NCBI GenBank assembly: GCA_050294405.1
Contig: JBNKOC010000004.1
Coordinates: 96,001-160,000 of the forward strand
Origin: Fibrobacteria bacterium
GTDB lineage: Bacteria; Fibrobacterota; Fibrobacteria; UBA11236; JADFYW01
Direction: 5' to 3'
Length of the DNA: 64,000 bases
Positions 10,109-19,657 of this stretch are shown piece after piece (positions within the stretch are counted from its first letter, which is position 1; every line of letters begins with the position of its first letter). The notes under the pieces were generated by a model. The model was not told the origin of the DNA. It worked only from the letters and a program-made list of their open reading frames with translations, and made no database searches. The translations under genes and the position numbers were made by a program.

Positions 10109-10762
10109 TTATGAACCCTGCAATAAAAAAAGAAGTTCTTTTAAATCTTTTAATACATAATTAGCCTTTGAAAAATCAAGACCTCGCGTAAGTCCTGAAG
10201 GAATTACGGCACAACTAAGCCCGGCTCCATGGGCGGCCATTAAACCCCGCTGGGAATCTTCCACCACCAACACTTCCTCAGCTGCGAACCCTGTTTTTTG
10301 CAAGGCCAATTGGTAACATTCCGGATGGGGTTTAGGGTGTATGTATGCCTCGCGAGACAGCACAAAGTCAAAGTGCTTGTAAAACGGATATTTATCCCTG
10401 ATAATTTGAAAGTGCTCTGGAAGCGAGCTGGTCACAATGGCCATTGCGCGGTTTCCACCGACTGTCTCCAAAAGCCCGGACACGCCATCCCTGGCATAAT
10501 CGCCTTTTTTCAAAAATTTCATATATATATCAAAACGCCTGGAAAGAGCCTGTTTTGCTTCTTCAGGAGTGATACCCCTTTCTGTCAGATACATTAAACC
10601 TCCCCTGGCGCTCTTTAAAAAATATTCTGCAAAGTCTTTCTCAGAAATGTCGATTCCTAATTCTCTCATTGCCAGTTGGTTGGCTTTTAAATACAAAGGC
10701 TCTGTATCCACTAAAACGCCATCATTGTCCCAGAGGATAGCTTTTATCCGCTTAAAATCCAT
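10109..10762 (-). CDS. HAD-superfamily phosphatase (subfamily IA)
   Basis: WDNDGVLVDTE motif I, VTSS, KPHPE and VEDS..G. Confidence 0.9.
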   Translation of the reverse strand: MDFKRIKAILWDNDGVLVDTEPLYLKANQLAMRELGIDISEKDFAEYFLKSARGGLMYLTERGITPEEAKQALSRRFDIYMKFLKKGDYARDGVSGLLETVGGNRAMAIVTSSLPEHFQIIRDKYPFYKHFDFVLSREAYIHPKPHPECYQLALQKTGFAAEEVLVVEDSQRGLMAAHGAGLSCAVIPSGLTRGLDFSKANYVLKDLKELLFLLQGS

Positions 10763-10834
10763 TGCAAAAATGTAATAATGTTTATGCCGGTTATCAGCTT
10801 TGGCTGCTATGTTTATCTTTCTTTTGGCCAGGGC

Positions 10835-10859
10835 AAAAAAAAATCCTCCAGAAGGAGGA
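10835..10859 (-). terminator. Probable intrinsic terminator of the SH3 gene
   Basis: Minus strand TCCTCC-TTCT-GGAGGA followed by a long T run. Confidence 0.65.
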
Positions 10860-10885
10860 CTTAAAAAAAACAGGGCTAAAACAAA

Positions 10886-11338
10886 TCAGTTTTCGTCGTT
10901 GGCTCTTTCCAGAGTTTCCCTATCAATAAATTCATAAATTTCAACATCCCAATTCCGGGTCAGTAACATGCCTTCCATTTCGAGGTTGCCTTCATCTAGA
11001 ATGTAAAGAACCCGGGGGTTATCCAACCAGCCGTTTACTTCAAGTTCTTGCAAATCGTAAAAATCGCCTTTGGACTCAACAACGGAAACCATATCTGAAT
11101 TTAGTACCCAACCCACAGTGCCACCACTGGCTTTAATTTTTGAACGGTTAGATCCTTTCTCAAGCAAAGCAACTTCTTCTCCAGGAGACAAAACCGCCTT
11201 CTTAACTCCATCCACTTGCGCAGAGTAAATAAACACCTCTGCATTTTTAATTTTATATGTTTCTTTGGCAAAAATGGCCGGGCTGCACAGGGCAGCAAGT
11301 AGCAGAAATAAGGCCGCGTTAAAATTGAGCTTGTTCAT
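10886..11338 (-). CDS. Secreted bacterial SH3-domain protein with acidic C-terminal extension
   Basis: ATG at 11338 after AGGAG, signal peptide, and LSPGEEVALLE..SKIKASGGTVGWV SH3b pattern. The longer ORF-track start (11437) is unlikely. Confidence 0.7.
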   Translation of the reverse strand: MNKLNFNAALFLLLAALCSPAIFAKETYKIKNAEVFIYSAQVDGVKKAVLSPGEEVALLEKGSNRSKIKASGGTVGWVLNSDMVSVVESKGDFYDLQELEVNGWLDNPRVLYILDEGNLEMEGMLLTRNWDVEIYEFIDRETLERANDEN

Positions 11339-11754
11339 TTTGCTCCTGAGTTGGTTTTCTATAATTATACCAATTTCAAAGGCAAGCGCCATAGACTTCC
11401 ACAATTGGTCCACAAGATTTTTACATAGCTCCCTCAAAATACTGCCATAAGATATAGTTTTAAGTTGAAAAAAAAATTATGGCCAACACTATTTTTTTTA
11501 ATTAAATTGGAAATGTGCGAAATAAAAAAACCCAAAAAAGTACTGATATTTTTTGAGTTTCTCTTGACTTTAGAGTTTTATTAATTGTAAAATCTAAAAT
11601 AGTTAAAGTTGTTAGGAATTCTTGACGATAATTTTAACAGAGACAAATTGTCGTCGGCGTAGTCAAAGGAAAGATTAAAAAAAAGAAAACAGATTTTATA
11701 AGTCGAATTTCCCTCAATTAGTGTCCGTTGCGCGAGAATTTACGGCCTAATTAC

Positions 11755-11786
11755 AAAAACGGGCTTTGAATTACTCAAAGCCCGTT
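11755..11786 (-). terminator. Intrinsic terminator overlapping the cbrC stop codon
   Basis: Perfect 12-bp stem AACGGGCTTTGA/TCAAAGCCCGTT, followed by T residues on the minus strand. Confidence 0.7.
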
Positions 11787-12343
11787 CCTCTTTCCTCCCA
11801 ATCCGCATACACAGCCTGAGATTTGCAATGTCTGCAAGAAAACAAATAAGCTGAGGGACTGCTTTGCTTAGATAGCTGTTTTTTAAAATCCTTCAAATTT
11901 TCTATCAGATTGTCCTTAGCCCAACGGCTAAACCTGGCCTTGGTAGCCTTGTCCAGCTTTTGGTATTCCTCATACCCCACAATCCCCATAAACTCAGCCC
12001 CATCCTGACAGTGAACCCACCATTTAGAGGGGGACCAGCCATAAAAGCCAGGGGTCCGTGTGCAAATTTCTTCTATTATGGCCTTTTTAAGGGGCTTTGA
12101 ATTGGAAAAACTCCCCACATCTTCCGGCAAATTAAAATAGGCATCAAATTTTTTATGAGCCCAACCATTTTGAATACACCAGGGGCAAATTTTATCCGTA
12201 ATGTCTTCCTCTGCATAAACAGGGCCACTGTAAATAAAGCCTTTAGCTTGCTTACAGCATAGGCAAATTGTCTCTGAAGCTTCCACTACCCCAGCTTCCA
12301 CCGGATTAGGGAAATAATTAAAATGAGGCAAGATAGGTTCCAT
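11771..12343 (-). CDS. cbrC: CbrC (UPF0167) family protein
   Basis: LPHFNYFPNP, CLCC, ICPWCI, RTPGF..W and YLFSCRHC motifs. Confidence 0.85.
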   Translation of the reverse strand: MEPILPHFNYFPNPVEAGVVEASETICLCCKQAKGFIYSGPVYAEEDITDKICPWCIQNGWAHKKFDAYFNLPEDVGSFSNSKPLKKAIIEEICTRTPGFYGWSPSKWWVHCQDGAEFMGIVGYEEYQKLDKATKARFSRWAKDNLIENLKDFKKQLSKQSSPSAYLFSCRHCKSQAVYADWEERGTGFE

Positions 12344-12514
12344 TTTTTTCCTAAAAAAGCCTACAGCAAAGCTTTGTTTTGGAATATTAAAAAAACCAAC
12401 TTAAAATGGCGATATCCTGCGATTTTCCTAAGATATTATTATCTTAAAGGCTCCTTATGGAAATTCCTTCATACGAAACAAATCTGAAATTTATTCCAAA
12501 TTCAAATCTTAAAT

Positions 12515-14338
12515 ATGTCTAAAAGCCCTCACCTATTCCATATTCCTGTTATGGGTACGGGTCATTCAATTGACACGCCCATTCGAGTCGCCCCATTTGG
12601 AATTGACTCTGTAATTTCTCTTGTGGATGATTTATTGTTCGAGCCACTTCGCAAACATTATTCACAACAATACGATATTCCTTACACTAGTATTCCCCGT
12701 AATGCGGAAGATGGACGCGCCAGGCGAACCACCGCATACCTCAACATGGTCAATCAAATTGTGGCCATAAAATTCAACAAAATTAAAAATCTCCCCTTTG
12801 GCGAAAAGAACGATAAGCAAAAGTATTTTGAAATGTTGCCGGACAGCAGCAAACTGAAAAAAGACTACCACTTAATGCTTATTATGTCCGAAGGGCCTGA
12901 AAAAACCAAATTACAGGATGACCTCACTCAAAGAATGGTGCCCGGTTCCATTGATGTAAACATTATGGTTAAGTTGGACCGACTCAACTACGCAAAAAAT
13001 GGCGAACTTCTGGCGCCGGAATTCAGCGATGCCAAATCGGCCTTGCGGGGATACGCCAACAGCGATTTAGAGTCCAGTATTGTTTTCAGCGCCGGAATCA
13101 ATCAGGCGCTCATGACATACATGACCGAGTTTAAAGATTTTTATCGGGACGAAAGCGGCCACATTAAAAAGAAAATTATTTTAAAAGTAAGCGATTACCG
13201 CTCCACCTTAATTCAAGGCAAATTTTTAGCCCGAAAAGGTTTGGAAGTGTATGAGTTTAGAATTGAATCTGGATTAAATTGTGGTGGACACGCCTTTGCC
13301 TCTAACGGATATTTACTACCAGCCCTCTTAAAAGAATTTAAAGATAACCGGCACAAGCTAGCGGATACTTTTATGCCTATGGTTTTAAAGTATTACGAGG
13401 CCAAGGGAATGCCTTTTCCAGCCGAAGCTCAAAACAAAGAGCCACTTTTAACAGTTCAAGGGGGAATCGGAACCAATGGAGAAAAGCGGCGCATGATGGA
13501 ATACTTCGGGATGGAAGCCACTGGTTGGGCCAGCCCCTTTTTGTTAGTGCCCGAAGCCACTTGTGTGGATGAGCCCACACGTCAGCTTTTAATTGATGCC
13601 AAGGAAGAGGACTTATATTTAAGCGACGTATCTCCCTTGGGTATTCCTTTTAACAATGTCCGCAACAGTTTTTCGGAACAGTGGACCCAAAAGCTAATTG
13701 ATAAAAACGAGCCAGGATCACCCTGCCCTAAGAAGTTTTTAGTTTCCAATACAGAATTTACAGAAATGCCCATATGCCATGCTTCCAAAGAATACCAATC
13801 CCAAAAAATCGCCAAAATAAGGGAAGAGATTTCTGATGAAGCAGAGCAAAAGAAAAAAATAGATGCTGTGACAGTTAAAAGCTGTATTTGCGATCACCTT
13901 GGAAACGGCGCTCTCATTGAACTTAATATTATTAAGTCACAAAAAAATGCCCCTGCGGCAATTTGTCCTGGCCCAAATTTGGCTTGGTTTAACAGAAAAT
14001 ACAGCCTTCAGGAAATGGTAGATCATATCTATGGACGCATACCTTCTCTGGTTCCCGAAAACCGAATCCATATGTTTGCCAAGGAAATTATGATGTATGT
14101 GGATTATTATAAAAAGCTAATTGATAATTGCGGCTATACGGAGCGGGAGATTTCCACCATTATCGAATACAAGCTCAATATGGAAGAAGGTATGGATCTG
14201 TGTTTGGAAATTGCCAAAACAGCGGCCTACCCCGATGAAAACATTCAGTCAGTGACTCCTATTGTCAATGCAGAACGAGCTCGCCTAAAAGAAATTTATA
14301 CGGAATTTGCCGCTAAGGCCAGTGCCGTAACTTCTTGA
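12515..14338 (+). CDS. Conserved hypothetical protein, probable nitronate-monooxygenase-like FMN TIM barrel with Cys-rich C-terminal part
   Basis: FHIPVMGTGHSIDTP, FSAG, ESGLNCGGH, QGGIG and GWASPFL motifs, plus several Cys near the C-terminus. Confidence 0.6.
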   Translation: MSKSPHLFHIPVMGTGHSIDTPIRVAPFGIDSVISLVDDLLFEPLRKHYSQQYDIPYTSIPRNAEDGRARRTTAYLNMVNQIVAIKFNKIKNLPFGEKNDKQKYFEMLPDSSKLKKDYHLMLIMSEGPEKTKLQDDLTQRMVPGSIDVNIMVKLDRLNYAKNGELLAPEFSDAKSALRGYANSDLESSIVFSAGINQALMTYMTEFKDFYRDESGHIKKKIILKVSDYRSTLIQGKFLARKGLEVYEFRIESGLNCGGHAFASNGYLLPALLKEFKDNRHKLADTFMPMVLKYYEAKGMPFPAEAQNKEPLLTVQGGIGTNGEKRRMMEYFGMEATGWASPFLLVPEATCVDEPTRQLLIDAKEEDLYLSDVSPLGIPFNNVRNSFSEQWTQKLIDKNEPGSPCPKKFLVSNTEFTEMPICHASKEYQSQKIAKIREEISDEAEQKKKIDAVTVKSCICDHLGNGALIELNIIKSQKNAPAAICPGPNLAWFNRKYSLQEMVDHIYGRIPSLVPENRIHMFAKEIMMYVDYYKKLIDNCGYTEREISTIIEYKLNMEEGMDLCLEIAKTAAYPDENIQSVTPIVNAERARLKEIYTEFAAKASAVTS

Positions 14339-14347
14339 ACTTAGCCC

Positions 14348-14815
14348 CTATTTTTGGGGCAATACAAACACCAAGGTGTCCAGGGTGGAATCCACCTGGA
14401 ACTTCACCTCATCAAACTTGGGAGTTCCCCAGCCTTCATGAGGAACTGAAAAAGCGTAAGGCTCTGTGGCCTTTCCGAAAAAATTTTTATCCAGCTTCAT
14501 GTTATCATTGAGGTCGTGAAAGGCAAGTATGGCATATTCCCCTGGATCCACCTTGCGCACCTGCCAGATGCTTTCCAAATTTTCAATATCAAGCACACCT
14601 GCGTTTACAGCCATGCCTGGCTTTAAAAACAACCTTTTATTGTAAAGAGCCACCCTCACTTTTCCCTGTGAGCTTTTAATACCTTTAATTTTAACATAAA
14701 AGCTAACAGGCTTTGGAGTCTGAGCCAGAACATAACTAGTACAGATTAAAGCTAATATCAGGAAAATTTTAATGTTAGTATTAAAAGCCTTTAAGGGATT
14801 CATAACATAATCCAA
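14348..14815 (-). CDS. DUF2141 family secreted protein
   Basis: GKVRVALY and PGEYAI..FHDLNDNMKLD..FFG..EPYAFS motifs. Confidence 0.85.
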   Translation of the reverse strand: MDYVMNPLKAFNTNIKIFLILALICTSYVLAQTPKPVSFYVKIKGIKSSQGKVRVALYNKRLFLKPGMAVNAGVLDIENLESIWQVRKVDPGEYAILAFHDLNDNMKLDKNFFGKATEPYAFSVPHEGWGTPKFDEVKFQVDSTLDTLVFVLPQK

Positions 14816-14818
14816 AAA

Positions 14819-15742
14819 TTATTGTTTCTTTTTATCGTCTTCCTGAATAACTATATCAACCCGGCGATTTTGTTTACGGCCTTCTTTAGTTGAATTATCG
14901 GCAATAGGCTGGTTAAAACCATAGCCCTTGGAAGTCAAACGTTCTTGCTTAACCCCTTGCTCCACCAAAAAATTCATCACATTTTCAGCTCTTTTTTCAG
15001 ACAGCTTTTGGTTGTATTCGGCAGAACCCTGGTTATCGGTATGTCCTTCTACTATAATATGGGAATCTTTATATACCGTTAATATACCGGAAATTTTGGC
15101 CAGATTTGTTTTTAAATCTCCTTTTAAATCGGCTTTGCCAATGTCAAACAAAATATCAGACATGGATAGAATTGTTCCACGTGCATCTTTACGCACGCTT
15201 AAAACATCACTTTCCAAATCTTTAAATTTCCGTTCCATCTCAGCTGCCAAGCGACGAGCCTCTTCCTGCTGTTCCAGGGCTTTTCTGCGTTCTTCAGTCA
15301 GGTCTTTTCTCAGGTTGGAACTGTAGTTGCGTTCAATCTGATTGATGTTTCTGTATAGTTGGTTTAGCTTTCGCAAAATTTCGTCTTTTTTGTTTTGCAA
15401 ACCAGATATTTTATCCTGATTTTCAGAAATTTCCGTTTGAATAGTAGCAGCAGCCACAACCAGGGAACAACTGGAAAACAAGCGATTCGCCACTTCTTCC
15501 TTAGGATTATCTTTTAACTGGGTGCTTGCCTCTGAAATTCGGGCTTTGGCTTCAATTAAAAAGACCGGAAAAGTAGGATCGGCAAATTCTTTTTGACTTA
15601 AAGAGTCCAACTGGCTTTCCAAAACTTTAATTTTTTCAGCGGCTGTTTTCTGTGCTACCGGAGCTTTGGGCTTTTCTTCAGCAAAGCTGTTCAGAGAAAC
15701 AGTTAGGGCTATGCTAAGCAGCAGTCGATTCTTTTTTTTCAT
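14819..15742 (-). CDS. OmpA-family peptidoglycan-binding protein with N-terminal coiled coil
   Basis: ILFDIGKA, VEGHTD, YNQKLSEKRA and NRRVD motifs, plus a signal peptide. Confidence 0.9.
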   Translation of the reverse strand: MKKKNRLLLSIALTVSLNSFAEEKPKAPVAQKTAAEKIKVLESQLDSLSQKEFADPTFPVFLIEAKARISEASTQLKDNPKEEVANRLFSSCSLVVAAATIQTEISENQDKISGLQNKKDEILRKLNQLYRNINQIERNYSSNLRKDLTEERRKALEQQEEARRLAAEMERKFKDLESDVLSVRKDARGTILSMSDILFDIGKADLKGDLKTNLAKISGILTVYKDSHIIVEGHTDNQGSAEYNQKLSEKRAENVMNFLVEQGVKQERLTSKGYGFNQPIADNSTKEGRKQNRRVDIVIQEDDKKKQ

Positions 15743-16170
15743 TGTGTCCTCAAAGCTTTAATTTCTTCGTATACATCGGACAAACTAGTGAGTTTCTCCT
15801 TATCTTCTGCCAATTCCGATTCTAACTTTTTGACCTTTTTTTTGCTTTTGTCTAATTCGGATTGAAGAATGCTGACTTTGTAATAGCCCACTGCCAAATC
15901 TGCTTTCCATTCCGCATCTTCGATGTTTTTAGCTTCGAATTGTACCCTGGCATCATTAAGCAAACTGTCGGCCAGCTTTGTTCCAGCTGTGCTAATTTTT
16001 TCTTTGGCGCAATATTCCTTTAAGTTTTTAGCCTCACCCAGGGAAACCAAAGTGAACCTGGGGGGCAAACCAGAACATCCGGTAAAAATTCCGGACATAA
16101 CAAACAGCCCCAATATTATTGCAGGAATCCATTTATGCTTGGATAAATTGTTCAATGTGGACGATTTCAT
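15739..16170 (-). CDS. Helical lipoprotein (DUF4398-like partner of OmpA protein)
   Basis: Lipobox FTGC and a coiled-coil tail. Overlaps the OmpA gene by 4 bp. Confidence 0.6.
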   Translation of the reverse strand: MKSSTLNNLSKHKWIPAIILGLFVMSGIFTGCSGLPPRFTLVSLGEAKNLKEYCAKEKISTAGTKLADSLLNDARVQFEAKNIEDAEWKADLAVGYYKVSILQSELDKSKKKVKKLESELAEDKEKLTSLSDVYEEIKALRTQ

Positions 16171-16249
16171 AGCTAAATCCGGTTAAAGAAAACCCTATTT
16201 TTAATGAAATAATAGAAAAAAAACGTCTTTTTCCAGACTTTTTTTTAAA

Positions 16250-17614
16250 TCAACGCCTTCTGTAACGCTGGACTACAGGCTTGGGCTCGGCTGCTAGGTG
16301 AAAATGCATAGAGGCCTTTGCCTCCCAAATTTCCGAAAAACCCATTTCCAACCGAATCATCTGTTTGAAGGGAATTAAAATATGCAGCCCGAGAACCTGT
16401 CCATTTAACCATTTACCTTTGGAAAAATCTGAATTCCATGTCTTACCAAAGTCAAAAGCAACTAAAGGCTGAAGTCCAAGGTCCGCTTTCCAGCCAAAAA
16501 CTCCCAGGGAAAACACCCTGGGCTCTACCCACAAAAAGCGATATTCCAAACTCAACAGCCACTCGTTTTTTCCATATTCCACTCCGTGGTCATAACCTCT
16601 CACAGTATTAGCTCCCCCAATCCAGTAATTTTTATACCTGGGAAAAGCTGTGGTCCCCCAGTTATCCTGCCAGCTCCAAAGATTGGAAAAAAGCAAATGT
16701 TGTCTGTGGCTTATGGGCTGATAGCGGCGAATGTCCAAGGAGCTTTGCCAGAAATCCACATCTCCAGCTAAAAGCCCTCCCACTTGACCAAAGCTCGTTT
16801 CCAGATACCAGCCTTTATTGGGATTACCCCCATAGTTTCGGCTGTCAAAAGCCAGCGAGTAATTAAGGCTGTTGTTAAGATCTGAATTACTGCTGTGGTT
16901 GGTGATTCCAGATGAATCGTAGGCGAACACTTCAAAAGCGCCCTCGAAGGAATGGGTCCACTTGTAATTTGGATTTTCAAAAAAGTCCCAAAAAAGTTGC
17001 AGTCTTGCCACCTGGTATGTTTCGTAAGAGTCTAAAAGCTTATTGAGGCGGCGTTCATCAGCCAGCCAAATAAAACTTTCCACTTTCGCATTTGAAATGC
17101 GGGGGATCTTATATTCCACACTGGCCCGCTTTACCCCGTTTTTAGTAAAGCTGGATTTATATGAGCCTTCAAAAAAGTGATTTCTTCCCCAGAGATTGGT
17201 GGAAATTCCCCCTAAACCTAAACTGAAAAAATTTTCTTCTGTGTATTCTCCGGTGGGATGTATAACTAAATAGGGAATTTCTACGAACTCCAACTCAATG
17301 GACATGTGTTTTTGCCTGTTATCCAAATCTGTTATTACCGGCTTAATCTGCGCAAATATATCGAGTTTTTCTAACTGACGGATGTCATATGAAAAAATAT
17401 TAGCTGAAAACTTTTTTCCTTCAGCCATCTGCATTTCCCGGCTCACAACATAAGCTTTGGTTTTCACCAAGCCTTTAAAGCTGACTTTTTTTATCATGTA
17501 TCCATTATATGCTTCCCAATTTTTTTCTGTAAGCGCAAGTTCACCGGCATATAGCATGTTAAATCCCAGAAAAAATATGAGCGGACCAAAAGAAGTATAA
17601 AAGGGAATTTTCAT
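16250..17614 (-). CDS. Omp85 (BamA/TamA) family outer-membrane protein with a single POTRA domain
   Basis: IKKVSFKGLVKTK..VSREM POTRA, DSRN..PNKG and IGGANTVRGY loop-6 motif. Confidence 0.85.
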   Translation of the reverse strand: MKIPFYTSFGPLIFFLGFNMLYAGELALTEKNWEAYNGYMIKKVSFKGLVKTKAYVVSREMQMAEGKKFSANIFSYDIRQLEKLDIFAQIKPVITDLDNRQKHMSIELEFVEIPYLVIHPTGEYTEENFFSLGLGGISTNLWGRNHFFEGSYKSSFTKNGVKRASVEYKIPRISNAKVESFIWLADERRLNKLLDSYETYQVARLQLFWDFFENPNYKWTHSFEGAFEVFAYDSSGITNHSSNSDLNNSLNYSLAFDSRNYGGNPNKGWYLETSFGQVGGLLAGDVDFWQSSLDIRRYQPISHRQHLLFSNLWSWQDNWGTTAFPRYKNYWIGGANTVRGYDHGVEYGKNEWLLSLEYRFLWVEPRVFSLGVFGWKADLGLQPLVAFDFGKTWNSDFSKGKWLNGQVLGLHILIPFKQMIRLEMGFSEIWEAKASMHFHLAAEPKPVVQRYRRR

Positions 17615-17695
17615 GGGGTGTTAAAAATATTAATATTCCGCATTAAAATGGTTATTTTATTCAGGCAGTTAGCTTAATTGAGCTAATTATTACAA

Positions 17696-19441
17696 ATGAA
17701 AAAAATTAATAAAATATTGAAACCAGCCTCCCCCGATTTTAAGTGGTTTCTTGGCTACCAAAGCAAGGATTTAAGCGGGGATTTAATTGCCGGAGTTACA
17801 GTGGGTATCATGTTGATACCCCAAAGCATGGCCTATGCCATGTTGGCCGGCTTACCTCCTTATATGGGCCTGTATGCTTCCATTCTCCCGATGTTACTGT
17901 ATATATTATGGGGCACCAGTCCATATCTTTCCGTGGGACCTGTGGCCATTACATCCATATATGTGGGAACATCATTGGGGGAACTTTCAGCCGGCAATGT
18001 TGAAATGTTAATTATCATGGCCAGTTGTTTAGCTATGTTTGAAGGCTTGTTTCAAATTATAATGGGCGTTTGCCGTTTGGGGTTTATTGTAAACTTTATC
18101 AGCCATCCGGTGCTAACCGGCTACATCACTGCAGCGGCCATTACCATTTTAGGCAGTCAAATTCCTCAAATTCTTGGAATATACATTCCCAGGGAACAGG
18201 GAACCTTGAGCGTGTTTTTGTCTATTTTTGAAAATATTAAAGATCTCAATATTGCAACTCTTATTATCGGAATTGCCAGTATGGGGCTGCTCATATATTC
18301 CAAACGAAATTTTAGAAATCATTTAAAATCCTTAAAACTTCCCCGAAAGCTCTATGTTGTTATTCCTAAATCAATGCCTCTAATAATTGTGGTATTGAGT
18401 ATTTTTTCCACCTGGAAATTTAATCTATCCTCCGAGCATCAGGTAAAAATAGTTGGCAGCCTTCCCACGGGCCTTCCCCGCTTTTCTTTACCCAGTGTTC
18501 CCTGGGATAGAATTGGCGATCTAATTCCAATTGCTTTTACCATTAGCCTTCTTAGCTTTTTGGAAAGCATTTCTATTGGTAAAACCCTGGCCTATAAATC
18601 AGGCAAAGTAGTCCGGGCGAACCGTGAATTTCTGGCCCTTGGAGCCGCCAATATTGGCTCCGCCCTTTCCGGAGGCTATTCCGTGTCAGATAGCTTAAGC
18701 CGTTCCACCGTAAACTATCAATCGGGAGCCAAAACCAAATTGGCATCAGTCATAACTGTTGGAATGGTTACTGTAACGGTTTTGTTTTTTATGCCCGAGT
18801 TGTACTATTTGCCCAAAGCTGTTTTATCTTCCATCATAGTAGTAGCCATATCCAGCCTCATTGACTTTAAATACTTCTGGCGCTTAACTAAGCTCAATAA
18901 GCCCGATGCGCTCGCCTTTGCCGCCACTTTTTTAGCTGTTTTCATTTTAGGAATTAAATATGGATTATTAGTCGGCATATTGATTTCCATGATATTATAC
19001 ATGTGGGTGACAAGCACCCCTCACATGGCCGTTATAGGAAGATTGGGGAACAGCGAACATTTTCGAAATGTATTGCGGCATAAGGTAATCACCTATCCCC
19101 ATATACTGATGGTTCGTATTGATGAAAGTTTAACTTTTGTGAACTCTAAGTTTGTAGAAGAACATTTATTGCAAATAATATATAAGAAAAAAGACTTAAA
19201 ATATTTTTTATTAAATGCAAGTAACATCAACCATATTGACACCAGTGCGCTTGAAACATTAGAAGCCCTTTTTGGACGCCTTAAAAAACAAGGTGTTGAA
19301 ATTTATCTTGCAGAAATAAAAGGGCCGGTAATGGATTACCTAATAAAATCGGGATTCGTTAAACGATTTGGAAAATCAAAGATTTTTCTCAGCACCCACC
19401 TTGCCCTCAATGCCCTATTGGATAAATCCCAAGATAACTAG
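17696..19441 (+). CDS. SulP/SLC26 anion permease with STAS domain
   Basis: DLIAGVTVG..PQSMAYA..GLYAS, N.EFLALG, SLSRS and STAS IDTSA motifs. Confidence 0.93.
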   Translation: MKKINKILKPASPDFKWFLGYQSKDLSGDLIAGVTVGIMLIPQSMAYAMLAGLPPYMGLYASILPMLLYILWGTSPYLSVGPVAITSIYVGTSLGELSAGNVEMLIIMASCLAMFEGLFQIIMGVCRLGFIVNFISHPVLTGYITAAAITILGSQIPQILGIYIPREQGTLSVFLSIFENIKDLNIATLIIGIASMGLLIYSKRNFRNHLKSLKLPRKLYVVIPKSMPLIIVVLSIFSTWKFNLSSEHQVKIVGSLPTGLPRFSLPSVPWDRIGDLIPIAFTISLLSFLESISIGKTLAYKSGKVVRANREFLALGAANIGSALSGGYSVSDSLSRSTVNYQSGAKTKLASVITVGMVTVTVLFFMPELYYLPKAVLSSIIVVAISSLIDFKYFWRLTKLNKPDALAFAATFLAVFILGIKYGLLVGILISMILYMWVTSTPHMAVIGRLGNSEHFRNVLRHKVITYPHILMVRIDESLTFVNSKFVEEHLLQIIYKKKDLKYFLLNASNINHIDTSALETLEALFGRLKKQGVEIYLAEIKGPVMDYLIKSGFVKRFGKSKIFLSTHLALNALLDKSQDN

Positions 19442-19553
19442 GGTTTTTTGGGCAAAAACAGCAAAATATTTTTTCAAACAACTCTAATTGCTAAACTAAA
19501 AAAATCCAATTTTTTTAAATAGCTAAGGTATTTTTTCAAATTACTCCAATGTT

Positions 19554-19569
19554 TGTGATCTGTTTCACA
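19554..19569. promoter_or_regulatory. CRP/FNR-family binding site (perfect CRP consensus)
   Basis: TGTGA-TCTGTT-TCACA. Confidence 0.7.
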
Positions 19570-19575
19570 CCCTGT

Positions 19576-19604
19576 TTGACATTGTTGATTTTTAAGGATA
19601 CAAT
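19576..19604 (+). promoter_or_regulatory. Sigma70-type promoter of the Cys-repeat lipoprotein gene
   Basis: TTGACA-N17-TACAAT. Confidence 0.8.
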
Positions 19605-19657
19605 GAATCCATCTAGTGCTAATCCAAAAATCTTTCACTTAAAAAACAGGGACAGCC

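Noticed and set aside
10791..10815. Sigma28-like TAAA...GCTGATAA upstream of the HAD gene
   Set aside because: The spacer is 13 nt rather than 15.
8525..12343. Genomic island integrated at tRNA-Glu
   Set aside because: No integrase, no duplicated tRNA 3' end noticed, and no obvious compositional shift.
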